A DNA stretch of 64,000 nucleotides from Octopus vulgaris (Eukaryota): positions 17,484,001 through 17,548,000 of the forward strand of contig OX597824.1 of the NCBI GenBank assembly GCA_951406725.2, in the 5' to 3' direction. Positions 1 through 13,830 of this stretch are shown in pieces (the first letter of the stretch is position 1; each line of letters begins with the position of its first letter). The notes under the pieces are model-generated. The model did not search any database and was not told the origin of the DNA. It saw only the letters and a list, made by a program, of their open reading frames with translations. Both the position numbers and the translations under genes were made by a program.

Positions 1-78
1 CGTCGTATTTATGTATATATATATACATATAAAAATATAAATACATATAAATATATATATACATTTATGTATATATAT

Positions 79-110
<32 letters not shown>

Positions 111-1126
111 ATATACATATATATATGTATATATATATGTGTGGTATGTATGTGTATGATGTGTGTGTGTGTGTGTGTATATATGTATATGTAGTTTGTG
201 TGTATGGCCCGCACACATGCATAGACGCGCACGCGCACGCACACGCGCACACACGGGCGGGCACGCATATACACACACCATCCTACCCCAAAGAATTCTT
301 TAAACAACACACATCTATTTACACCACCCTGGAACCAATCAAAAACAGCCCCCCCCCCACACACACAGACACTTGTATACGTGTATGTGCACGCACACAG
401 GGAGACACACACACTCACACCATTCTCACCTCCATAAATGCACATATATACACACGCAGCACCATGTCAAATGCCATCCACACACATACATGCGTACACA
501 CGCACACACACACACACAACACCATGACAACCACACACGCGGTTGACAAACAGACACCATCTGACCATATACTACAGACCCACAGACACATCTATTCACA
601 CCATATGTATTATGTATGCACACTCACATACACGCAGAGACACACATATTCACCTCATCCTAACCCCAAAATCATTGATGCTTGAAGGAGAGCCAAAAAA
701 AGCAAAAAAAACGGGTACATCCTTTTCAATTCCACATTTCTGCTAAAACGGACAGGTCAGTAACAACCTAACCACTACATTAATGTAAATCTTTATGAAT
801 TCATAATATTCTGTACTGAACTTTTTTAATAATTCCTCCTGGAAATTACCCTGAGATGTATAATATATTTGTTTAAATCTTTTCTGCCCATTTTTTCAAT
901 GAGCTTGTTAAACCTCTTTATATTCTCAACATACTGTTGTACTTTTTTATGTCCTTAACATGTCCCTGTTACCAAAGACTGTATATATATATGTAATGTA
1001 GCAATTTGCAACAACCAATAATTAACGCAACCAAACTTCCACATATTACTTTTGACAATCTTTTTCCAAAGAGTGAAACCGGTAAAGTAAATAAACATCT
1101 TTTAAATTACATTTTCAAACCTTCTT

Positions 1127-1482
<356 letters not shown>

Positions 1483-1655
1483 TTTTATACATAGAGCTTT
1501 ATGAAGAATGATTTTTGTAAAACGCATGCGTAGTATATAATAGATGAAATACAGGGATTAACGGAAACTGGTGGGTAGTGAGATGCCATCAAATGTCCCC
1601 GAATAGTTAGGAAGCATGTTATTCATGTAGTAGAATGAATGAAATAAATTTTAAC

Positions 1656-1811
1656 TGTAGGAGTGTCTCTGTGGTAAGTAGCTTGCTTGTGGTTCCGGTT
1701 TCAGTTCCACTGCGTGGCACCTTGGGCAAGTGTCTTCTGCTACAGCCTCGGGCCGACCAAAGCCTTGTGAGTGGATTTGGTAGACGGAAACTGAAAGAAG
1801 CCCGTCGTATT

Positions 1812-1876
<65 letters not shown>

Positions 1877-2101
1877 CTGTGTGTGTGTGTGTGTGTATGT
1901 GTGTGTTTGTCCCCCTAGCATTGCTTGTAACCGATGCTGGTGTGTTAATGTCCCCGTTAGTTAGCGGTTCGGCAAAAGAGACCGATAGAATAAGTACTGG
2001 GCTTACAAAAGAATAAGTTCCGGGATCGAGTTGCTCGATTAAAGGCGGTGCTCCAGCATGGCCACAGTCAAATGACTGAAACAAGTAAAAGAGTAAAAGA
2101 G
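1656..2101 (+). mobile_element. SINE-C, near full length (tRNA-like head, CORE-like CCTTGGGCAAGTG, internal (TA)n(TG)n, CR1-type tail)
   Basis: A-box/B-box-like head (GTGGTAAG..GGTTTCAGTTCC); colinear with copies at 46650 and 59397; ends in (GTAAAAGA)2. Confidence 0.9.
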
Positions 2102-2173
2102 TATATATTTATGTTAAAATATTAAGAACTATGGACACGATAAACAAGTATTTAACAAACATTGGATTGAATT

Positions 2174-2374
2174 TATGACACAAGGCCAGCAAATTTTTTT
2201 GAGGGGAGTCAGTAGATTACATGCCCCAGTGTTCAGCTGGTATTTTTTTCATCGTCTCAGAAAGGATGAAAGACAAAGTGGAACTCAGTGTATTTTGATC
2301 TCAGAACGTTAAAGACGGACGAAATGCCGCTAAGCACATCCGGCGCTTTAATGATTCTACCAGCTCCCCGTCTT
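2174..2374 (-). mobile_element. Old SINE-B copy with tail-2
   Basis: Degenerate match to GAAAGGATGAAAGGCAAAGTCGAC..CTCAGAACGT..GACGAAATGCCGCTAAGCA. Confidence 0.75.
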
Positions 2375-2962
2375 AAGTTTTAAACAAATATTAAGTGCCA
2401 AGTTACATGAATTATGTTGGAAAAATAAACAGAAGCAATGGGAAAATATTCTGCAATGTCAAAAAGATATGACAGTGAGTAGCGAAATAAAAATTAAAAA
2501 ACAATCATCTTGGGAATGTTTATGAAATTTTCGTACTGACTGCCAATGCACACATCGAGGTAAAGATCTTGGGATATACTTTGAAAGAAATTAATAAAGC
2601 GTTAGTAAAGATGCAAGAGATATTAAAAGGAATTACAAGAATATTAAAGGGGAAAACTGTATTAGCAGATAGGGAAGGAAGAGATAAAGAAAAGTAAAAT
2701 TCGTAGAAGTGATACAACTATGGTGAACCGAGTAAAAATTTTGAAGGAAAATTAATTAGATAGGATTGAAAATTTCGTCAAGAAATCTATACGGATATAA
2801 AAGTATACGAAAGTCAGTATAATACTATTTATTATCATGTAGTTTTTAAAAATACATTTGGTAATCCTGGTAACAAGACGAGGTTGCCAGAAGCAAAGAA
2901 AAGTGATATATACATCTACGTAAGGACCTGACTATGTTTAGTTAGAACCAAACGCGCACGCG

Positions 2963-3096
<134 letters not shown>

Positions 3097-3195
3097 TTAC
3101 ATACATATATATAGAGATAGATATATATCATATATATGTTGTTGTTGTCTTCTTTTCCTTCTTCTTCTTCTTCTTCTCCTCCTCCTCCTCCTTCC

Positions 3196-3759
3196 AATCA
3201 GGTCTCTCGCCATTATCCGCAAAGAATAATCTCTAATTCGAGCCGGCTCTAAGCTACTAAGAATGCGTGTGGCAACTTGAAGATCCACCCACCACACGCG
3301 ATAGACTGGCGGTTGCACGGGCGCGAAAGAAGATTTATGTTCCTATAACCTGTGTTAATTCTGTAACCCTTTAAAATGGAAGATAAGAACGTTCATTTTC
3401 GACACTTGATGCTTAGGGAACCAGACAAAAATTGCTGCAACTGGGCTGGGATGTGTTCCCCAACCCTCCATATTCACCAGATATTGCTCCCTCGGATTTC
3501 CACTTATTCAGGTCTCTGCAGTATAGTCTTAATGGTAAATATTTCAATTCCTTGGATGACGTAAAAAGATACCTTGATGAATTCTTTGCCATGAAATAAC
3601 TCCAATTCTGGGAAGAGTATTTTCAAGTTAAAGGAAAGATGGAGACGCATTGTGCAACAAAATGGTTCATATTTGGTTGATTAAAAATATAATGGCTTAT
3701 ATTTATTGAACTTTTTCTTTCCTTTAAAAATCGGCACGAACTTTCCGGACAACCCAATA
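3196..3759 (+). mobile_element. Internally deleted mariner transposon relic with right TIR
   Basis: N-terminus MEDKNVHFRHLML joined to TRQKLLQLGWDV..PPYSPDIAPSDFHLFRSLQ..KERWRRIVQQNGSY (YSPDxAPSD motif); terminus CGGCACGAACTTTCCGGACAACCCAATA; left TIR not seen. Confidence 0.9.
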
Positions 3760-3849
3760 CAATTATGTTCCTGCAAAAAAATATATTACAGATCGTTATA
3801 GTTACGAAATGTAACGCAGATAAATAACTTCACAGACATCAGGATGATC

Positions 3850-5400
3850 TCGGAAAAAATCTAGAAGTCTTCTGATGATACAGGATATAAAAGCATAATC
3901 CCCAAACTGCACCAGCAACAGCTGAAAAACTAAAATATAAATCTACAGCATATAAATGGCCCAAGTCAGTTTATCATAGCTTCAATGCCAAATGCCCATT
4001 CTCTTTAAAAGAGACCCCGACAAAAGATCAGGTTGAGGGCTACTGGAGATCTATAAAGGAAACGAGTGATAAGTCCAACAAAGAAGCTGTATGGATAAAA
4101 GAACTGGAGCGGGATAACTGCCAACATGTTCAGTAAAAGCATAATGAAATAGACGGCAAGTTACTGGAAGCAGTTCTACAGAAAATGTCAATCAGGAAAT
4201 ACTCTGACTGAGACCTCATAACTGGTTGAAGAATTTCATCTTTTATCGGCGAAATCTTATACTACGGCATGGAGGAACTATAAAAGGCTCAGAAGAACGA
4301 CTCCAATGGTTATCAACTGCAACTACTCTACTCATCCCTCAAGCCACTCTTGCTAAAAATTACCACCCAATAGCCTACCAGGACACCATGTACATAAAGT
4401 GCACTGGGTGCCTGAATCTGTTCTTTCAAGATCATTGTGCCACCAACAATACTATAACACCTGAGAAAGCTGGAGGAAAGAAGGAGTCGTAGGTCTGTAT
4501 ACAGATGCTACTAATTAACTAAATTATCATGGAAAGAACAGCAAAAATCACAGGATCTTAAGTGTGGTCTAGCTGGACAACCAAAATGATTTTGATAGAA
4601 TGCCGCATGGTTGGATTATGAAGGGTTTAGAGTTAGCGAAAGTCCCACATCCACTTGTGAGTACTCTTGATCGCCTGACTTGGTACAGGAGGAAATCGGG
4701 TCACATAGCATTCACTGCCAAAAAGGCTTCTTTCAAGGGGATAGCCCCTCAGTGTTGCTCTTCATCTTATTAAAACCCTATCATACCTGCTCAGAAAACA
4801 TAGGGGCAATAGAAATGGATCCAGAAATATCTCCCATCTTTTCTTTGTGAATGGCCTGAAAGTGTAGGGGCCAAATACTAAATGCTGGAAAAAATTGGCG
4901 CTCATTACCCAATTGGTGAATCCAAATGTACATTTTTGACATAACGTAGAAAAGTTATGCCCTCCTCTGAAAACATAAAACTGCACGGCATTACAATACA
5001 ACCTTTAGAATCAGATGACAATTATATGTATCTTGGAGAAAACGAGAACGACATACATAATGGACCCATAAATAAGGAGAGGACCTGGAAAGAATATCTC
5101 AGGAGAGTAAAGAGAATATAGTCGTCAGAACTCTGAGCTCACAAAAGGCATTTGCCCACAACACCTTTCTAGTGCCTGTAATCACACCTACGTTTGGCCT
5201 ACTGAACTGGTCGCTACAAGAACTCGATGAGCTAGATGTTTGAACTTGCAAGTTGTTCTGTGTTACAGGAAACTCCATCATCAATGGAGATATAGACAGT
5301 CTATACTTCCGAAGCAATGATGGTGGACGTGGTTTCAAAACAGTATTAATGTCATATGAATCATAAAATACACTGACGCTGAAACATCGGCAACTGATAA
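3850..5400 (+). pseudogene. Heavily degraded reverse transcriptase of an R4/Dong-like non-LTR retrotransposon
   Basis: Ordered remnants across frames: KNYHPIAYQDTMY, FDRMPHGWI, GFFQGDSPSVLLF, ISHLFFVNGLKV, YMYLG, AHNTFLVPVITPTFGLLNW, DIDSLYFRSNDGGRG. Confidence 0.8.
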
Positions 5401-5612
5401 GGAATTCAGTAAGTATCTTTCCTAAGTTTATGACAATGCAACCAATCTATAATAATAAATGCCCAATCGAATTTCTGTGTGTCAGTGTGTCACTCTTTGA
5501 TCCCCTCTGTCACTATTCGGTGATACTTCTACTCCTCTTGCTGGGGTGAGAGTAATAGTAGGCATAGAGAATGTGAGGGCGGTAGTACGTGCATTGGGAC
5601 CATTATTTATAC

Positions 5613-6198
5613 ATTTTTCTTTACTACCCACAAGGGGTTAAACACGGAAGGGACAAACAAGGACAGACAAACGGATTAAGTCGATTATATCGACCCCAGT
5701 GCGTAAATGGTACTTATTTAATCGAGGTAAAGTCGACCTCGGCGGAATTTGAACACAGAACGTAGCGGCAGACGAAATACCTATTTCTTTACTACAAACA
5801 AGGGGCTAAACACAGAGAGGACAAGCAAGGACAGACAAACGGATTAAGTCGATTATATCGACCCCAGTGCGTAACTGGTACTTATTTAATCGACCCCGAA
5901 AGGATGACAGGCAAAGTCGACCTCGACGAAATTTGAACTCAGAACGTAGCGGCAGACGAAATACATATTTCTTTACTACCAACTAGGGGCTAAACACAGA
6001 GAGGACAAACAAGGACAGACAAACGGATTAAGTCGATTATATCGACCCTAGTGCGTAACTGATAATTATTTAATCGACCCCGAAAGGATGAAAGGCAAAG
6101 TCGACCTTGGCGGAATTTGAACTCTGAACGTAGCCGCAGACGAAATCCGGCCACAAATTTCACCCGGCGTGCTAACGTTTCTGCCAGATCGCCAACTT
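5613..6198 (-). mobile_element. SINE-B tandem trimer (all tail-1)
   Basis: One head plus three body/tail units; junctions near 5781 and 5964; flanked by CCATTATTTATAC / CCATTATCTATAC (TSD-like). Confidence 0.92.
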
Positions 6199-6365
6199 CC
6201 ATTATCTATACCTTGTCTTATATATCACTCTGTGTAAAAAACCGACTGGGGCCCAGCCACAGATCTGCAATATAGAATTGTGATGAAACGTAAACTCGGA
6301 GTTCTTTTCAATAATCTAAACAATATTGTCAGCCTCGTGTGCAAACGGAGAGCTTTACAGAGAAA

Positions 6366-6408
<43 letters not shown>

Positions 6409-6789
6409 GATAGATTGCTAGAAATATATATATCAAGAAAGAGATAATTAAACAGATGCATAAACAGTAAGAATGATAACTATGTATATATGCGTACTTG
6501 CATATATCTATGCATAAGCGTGTTAGCGTTAAGACTCCGCGTCAGCGTGGGCTCTGTACACATACGATATAACTTTTATTATTATCGTTATTATAGTGAT
6601 AATAGTAATTATAACTGAACAGTCGTACCGTACCCTCTTCTGTATTTTTGTATACGTAAATAGGAATTTGTATTCAAATATTCCCGAAATAAATATTTAG
6701 TATAAGACAATCACACGTTAGCATACATATATTAAATTATTGCGAATTGTAATTTGATTAGAATTAGAGAAATGTGAAATGCAGAATTT

Positions 6790-7860
<1,071 letters not shown>

Positions 7861-8008
7861 TACTGTTGTATGTATATCTTGATCGAGAAGAAATGAAATA
7901 GATGGATATACGCCAATAGAGAAGTAGTCAGCGAGATAGCGATAGACCGGTAATTAGACAGGCAGATAGACAGACAGACAGATAGATAGTTAGATAGATA
8001 AACAGATA

Positions 8009-8995
8009 ACTTTTTATTGTGGCCACACAGGGCTAAACAAAGACATAAATAATGGACGAAATACAATGTAGAGTTTTTTCTTTTCGGGGTGGGATGGGTG
8101 GTACATACAAAGAAAAAAAAAACGTTCGATCAATAGGGATCTGTGGGTTGTGTGGCGTATAAAAATATAATATATCTATATATATAAAACTGTAGTTGTG
8201 TGAGTGTCTGTCCCCTTCGATTTAGATTCCTAACTACTCCCACACTTTGCGGTGCAGTTTAACCAAATTCGGGTATCTTATAGTCGTGATTCATATCGAG
8301 CCCGTCTGAGTATTAGCGCGCGTCTACGATGAGTCTACAATTTTAAAAATAATTTAACATCATTTCTTATTCCATTTTAATGCATAATGTTTCGTGTGTC
8401 GATGGCGGCGGAGTTGGCGTCCATGGTCACACCTGCACCTGTTTGCTTCTTCCCCTTCTTCCCTCCCTCGTGAAGCTATGGGGAAGGGAGTGTAAGAAAT
8501 CAACGTCGTAATGCGTTGTCAAGGAGACCAGCGTTCTTTTAGAACAACGACTTCATGGCTTGAAGACACCAAAACAGAAATGGCTAAGAAAGCCCGAATT
8601 GGCATCTATAAGGGAAGTAACTCTCTAAAAATGCTTATATAGTTATTTCCCTTACAAACCCGAGCAACGCCGGGCGATACTGCTAGTATATATATATAAA
8701 TAAAGTTCACAGTTTAGGTGTAGCCCTGGAAAGATAACCTACAAAAAAGGCCAAGGTCACCTCAGACAGTTCGAAAATGAACATATGAGTAAGTCGCCTT
8801 ACATCTCGTTGTCTCTTTTGGTCACAGATTTACGCTTAAAGTAGTGTCGTCTTTCATACTGACCATTTTTGCCACTTTCACCCACTTTTTATTAAAACAT
8901 TCGTTCGACAAAGCCTTCCTCTCTATTCTCATCCTCCTTTTCAAGTGGTACTTGAAAAAGTTGACGAGGGACCGACCAGAGAGGAAGAGAGATTC
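8009..8995 (-). mobile_element. Tx1-clade LINE 3' fragment (copy c), interrupted by a Helitron
   Basis: 8822-8995 reverse strand reads [57 protein letters not shown], homologous to the C-terminus of ORF 40953-42695; 3' end AGCCCTGTGTGGCCACAATAAAAA abuts degenerate GATA/GACA repeats. Confidence 0.9.
8175..8686 (+). mobile_element. Non-autonomous Helitron
   Basis: A|TCTATATATATAAAAC start; 3' hairpin CCCGAGCAACGCCGGG then CGATACTGCTAG|T; inserted between A and T without TSD. Confidence 0.88.
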
Positions 8996-9464
8996 ATAAA
9001 GAGTTAGACAGACTGATTGATTGACTGATCGATTGATTGAATTGCTGATTGATAGAAATTAGGAAAATGAATGCTAGTATTGTTTGTTTGCAAAATGTAG
9101 TCAATAGAAATTCAATTTTTCTCCGTAGAATATTTTGTCTCTTGACCGTCAGATTTATCATGAAATTACATTTGAAATTTGCTCATAGGAACGCTGTTTG
9201 GATCTGCTATATACCTTTAAAATCAACTTAGAGCTACACTTACATCCGAATAATGTGCACATAGTTATAAGAATGTCGATATAATAGATTGATAATGTTT
9301 TTCTAATTAGGATGAGTTATGAGGCATTCAGTTAGGAACGCCAAACGTAAGTTTTGTTGTGAAATGCAGTTTTTTCTACAAATATGTGATTTACATTTAT
9401 AGAAATGTAGCGTAAACCTTGGCTTGTATATACGCGCGCGCACACACGCACACACACACACATC

Positions 9465-9496
<32 letters not shown>

Positions 9497-9502
9497 TATA
9501 TA

Positions 9503-9874
9503 CTAGCAGTATCGCCCGGTGTTGCTCGGGTTTGTTTCGACCCTTTAGAATTTGAATTTTTGAAAAGTAAAAATTTTGCATTATGTAGCTTGTTATTCTC
9601 TCTAAGTGAACATTTTTCTAGTTGAAATACACCGAAAATGGCGACTCGTAAAAGTAGGGATTTTTTTTTTAAAAAAAAGCACCTTTTGATGTAAATAATT
9701 TTTGGTGTTAACATGGTCCTATTTGGATTTTTTTCTTCTACGGAATAAAGAGCAAGCCTTCTATCATACTCTCAATTTTGGTCAACTTGCGCCGCAGGGT
9801 CTTGGAGGAAATAGTGTTAGTTGAAGGCTACCAAACCTGCCACACACAGACAACTTCAGCTTTATAAATATAGA
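9503..9874 (-). mobile_element. Non-autonomous Helitron, second family
   Basis: Reverse strand A|TCTATATTTATAAAGCTGAAGTTG ... CCCGAGCAACACCGGGCGATACTGCTAG|T. Confidence 0.88.
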
Positions 9875-10287
9875 TAAATGCAGACTTCCAAAAAAAAAGA
9901 GAAAAAAAATGATAATAATAAACAAACAAAAACAACCACATATTATGAACATTACAAATGCAGTCTGTAAGAGTAACAATAAAAATATGCTTGACTTTAC
10001 TGAAATTCAAAATGTAAATTTGTGTTCCTTATCTGCATTCAAAGATGGAGCTTCTATCGTTGTCAGAAAACAGGCTCCTTCCTTAAAGGAAGATTTCAAA
10101 TAATTCGAATACGTACCTACTTACCTACACACATACGCACACGTGCATAAATATATATTCATGCATATATGAATACGTGCATACGTCTATATATATAAAT
10201 ATATATATATATGTATGTATGTATATATATACTAACATATATATATATATGTATATATATATGTATGTATATATGTATGTATATATG

Positions 10288-10516
<229 letters not shown>

Positions 10517-10527
10517 CATATATACAT

Positions 10528-10898
10528 ACGTTACAAGAATGTTTGCAAAAGGGACAGGAAGGCCTGCAATATCAATATTAGCGGTTGGGAGGCAGTTGCC
10601 GGCAACCGTGGAGACTGGCGACGTACCGTAAAAGAGGAAATACAAAGGAATGACAGAGAGAGAGAGAGGAGAAATGGAAAGACAAGAAAAGACGTCAACA
10701 AGAAACTATGGCATTACAACCAGCCAGGAAGAGTCTTCACTACATTTGCGGTACCTGCCAGAGGGGGTGTTTGTCCAGGATAGGACTACACAGCCACAGC
10801 AGGAAATGTATCAGGACATGAAATGAAAAAGCCGGACTAGACTACTTTATGCCGCAACTCCATTGTCTCCCGAGACAAAAAGGATGCCAACCAACCAA

Positions 10899-10901
<3 letters not shown>
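10528..10901 (+). mobile_element. RTE-clade LINE 3' end
   Basis: [35 protein letters not shown] then, after frameshifts, [20 protein letters not shown]; short UTR CCATTGTCTCCCGAGACAAAAGGATGCC plus (AACC)n tail. Confidence 0.88.
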
Positions 10902-10934
<33 letters not shown>

Positions 10935-11219
10935 TATACATACTGACACATACATGGGTGTACATTCAGTCACTATGCAGTCTTTTGTGTATGTATATGT
11001 TGATAAGCACATAGACATGTGAGTATTATGCCACCTTACCCGCTCAATGTATATTGTATACACGCACAATATATTCAAAATTATGAAGTACATTACAACT
11101 TCTCTTATCCCAGAAATATAATGTACAATACAGTTTTAGAATATTAAATTTTACTACGCCACATACTATTCAAGAACCCCCCCCCCTTCCAGCACAAACC
11201 AAAAATAGTATCCATAGAC

Positions 11220-11420
11220 CAGTGGTTTTCAACCAGGGTTCCGCCAGTACAGTCCAGGGGTTCCGCAAGAAGTTATAAAACTGCTAAAATCGGCAGTAAT
11301 TTTTAATTCTCGTGTGCAGATATGTGTGCATAAGACTATTCAATTATTGCACAGGGGTTCCTCGAGCCAATGGAGTGTTTCCTTGGGGTTCCGCTCCAGC
11401 AAAAAGTTTGAAAAGCACTG
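11220..11420. mobile_element. hAT-type MITE (201 bp)
   Basis: TIRs CAGTGGTTTTCAACC / GTTTGAAAAGCACTG; perfect 8-bp TSD CCATAGAC (11212-11219, 11421-11428); repeated subterminal GGGTTCC. Confidence 0.93.
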
Positions 11421-11481
11421 CCATAGACTATAGAATACTCACATACTGACACACATACACATATACACACACAAGCACACA

Positions 11482-11535
<54 letters not shown>

Positions 11536-11592
11536 AACACACACACATACATATATATATTGGCGTGGGTAGTGTTGTAGTAAGAAGCTTGC

Positions 11593-11734
11593 CGAGGTCG
11601 ACTTTGCCTTTCATCCATTCGGGGTCGATAAATTAAGTACCAGTTACACACTGGAGTCGATATAATCGACTTAATCCGTTTGTCTGTCCTTGTTTGTACC
11701 CTCTGTGTTTAGCCCCTTGTGGGCAATAAAGAAA
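11593..11734 (+). mobile_element. 5'-truncated SINE-B (tail-1) inserted in the SINE-C head
   Basis: TSD TAAGAAGCTTGC at 11581-11592 and 11735-11746. Confidence 0.93.
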
Positions 11735-12021
11735 TAAGAAGCTTGCTTCCCAGTGACATGGTTCCGGTTTCAGGCCACCAGGGAAAGTGTCTTCCTCTAT
11801 AGCCTCGGATTGACCAAAGACTTGTGAGTGAATTTGGTAGACTGAAACCGAAAGAAGCCCGTCGTATATATGTATGTGTGTGTGTGTCTTTGCGTATGTG
11901 ATTGTCCACCAACACCGCTTGACAACTGGTGTTGGTGTGCTTACGTCGCTTCACTTAGCAGTTTAGCCAAAAAGTTCGACAGAATGAGCACCAAACTTTA
12001 CACAAAAAAATAACAAATACC

Positions 12022-12342
12022 TTTATTTATTTATTTATGCACCCTTATCAAGCCTAGCCAGGCTCATGGGCTCGGTTTCCCGGTTTCTATGACGTATGTG
12101 TTCCCTCCCAGCTGGATGGGACGCCAGTTCATCGCAGCGTTACTCAAGAAACAGGAAGAAGGAGTGAGAGAAAGTTGTGGTGAAAGAGCACAACAGGGGT
12201 CACTACCAACCCCTGCCGGAGCCTCATGGAGCATTTAGGTGTTTTCGCTCAATAAACACACACAACGCCCGGTTTGGGAATCGAAACCGTGATCCTCCGA
12301 CCGCGAGTCCGCTGCCCTAACCACTGGGCCATTGCGCCTACA
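12022..12342 (-). mobile_element. SINE-A, tail type 1
   Basis: Head GGCGCAATGGCCCAGTGGTTAGGGCAGCGGACTCGCGGTCGGAGG..GGTTTCGATTCCC; V-domain-like CTGGCGTCCCATCCAG; (AAAT)n tail. Confidence 0.9.
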
Positions 12343-13199
12343 CAATAAGTACCTAGATTGGCTAAATTTATTTAAGGCGATGCCCTAGCTTGGTCGCAGT
12401 CTAATGACTGAAAGAAGAAAATAAGGGGGAAAAAAGGGAATGCTATGTATGGAAACAGACGAATTGAAATTATAACTAATCTTCAGTCAGTTACCACATC
12501 AAAAATCTATTCTAGCTTGTATTGGAAACTTCCATGGAATAAAGAGCTACTAGGAAATTATCCTTGTGCTTAGCACTCATGCGTGTTGCATATTTGTGCA
12601 TTTTAATGTTCACCATTGGCGTATGTATTGAATACTCTTATCGAATACGCTTCTAGGGAAACAATTTTTCTGCAAAATTTTCTATAAATTCTTTCTTGGA
12701 ATATTTTTCACACTGATATGTTCTTACATGTATAACCTATGATCCCCGCTAGGTTATTTTCAGCGTGTTTCGAATTTAAGCAAGCGATGCGTACACGAGC
12801 AAACCTCATGCAATCAGTCGCTTGAGGACCAGGAACTAGAAATTTCGAATAGTGACGAAGGCGAATTCAACTTTGTATCAATAAATAAATAAATAAGTCA
12901 AGAAATAAATATATCTTAGGATGTCTGCATATATCTAAATACCAATTCCCTCTCTTTCACTATCTCTCCCTCACTCTCCACACATACATACAAAACAAAA
13001 CACAAATTTCTACATGCACTGACGCCAAATACTGCACATATAGACAGTTACATACAAACACACATACACACACACTTGTATATATACACATACAAACAAA
13101 CAAGCGAACAAAGAGAGATCCTGTTGATATTGTTGAAATTCCAATGAAGCAATCTTGGATGTAGGTTAGAAACCGGCTCTTTCTCTATTGGCAAGAAAT

Positions 13200-13350
13200 C
13201 TACTCTACTCTAGGCACAAGGCCCGGAATTTTGAGGGAGGGCCAGTCAATTAGATCGACCCCATTACGCAAATGGTACTTAATTTATAGACACCGAAAAG
13301 ATGAAAGGCAAAGGCGACCTCGGTGGAATTTGAACTCAGAACGTAAAAAC
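13200..13350 (-). mobile_element. Truncated SINE-B (tail-2) interrupting a short repeat also present at 60270-60370
   Basis: CTACTCTAGGCACAAGGCCCGGAATTTTG..GATGAAAGGCAAAGGCGACCTCGG; flanks match GTTGAAATT.CAATGA..CTCTATTGG..GAAATAAAACT. Confidence 0.8.
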
Positions 13351-13830
13351 AGAAAAATTGTCAATAAATCATGAAATAAAACTGAATAATGAGATATATA
13401 TATATAGGCATATATGTTATTAATGACTTGTAGACACACAGTAATTCATTGTGTAACCATAATATATTGCAAAGTATAATATATTAGATAATATATTACA
13501 AAGTATATTAAACGTTTTTATAAGTCAATACCCTGTACTACCATGAAATCACGTGCTAAAATCATTTCTACAGATTTTCTGTAGAAAATGAAGCCAGTAC
13601 AGGTTTTGTTACGGCGATTCGTACCGGAGACGTCAGATGTAAACAAACAATAAGATCGAAGATGAAAAGATGGATAATGGGCGAGATTTTTGTCCTTCAT
13701 CAGTACCCATATAATCCATTAATCACCCATGAACTCATTGCTTGAATAGCCACTACGTATAGCGGTGTAACGGTATTGGATATACCAATTTACATATTAA
13801 AAACGCTCCTGGACGCTGGTACTAAATATT

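Larger units (their letters stand above)
11562..12420 (+). mobile_element. SINE-C carrying two nested SINE insertions
   Basis: Head split at TAAGAAGCTTGC, body 11747-12000, tail resumes 12345-12420 (GGCGATGCCCTAGCTTGGTCGCAGTCTAATGACTGAAA). Confidence 0.85.

Noticed and set aside
690-1120. Possible old L1/Tx1 3' end on the minus strand
   Set aside because: Only vague compositional resemblance; no diagnostic motif.
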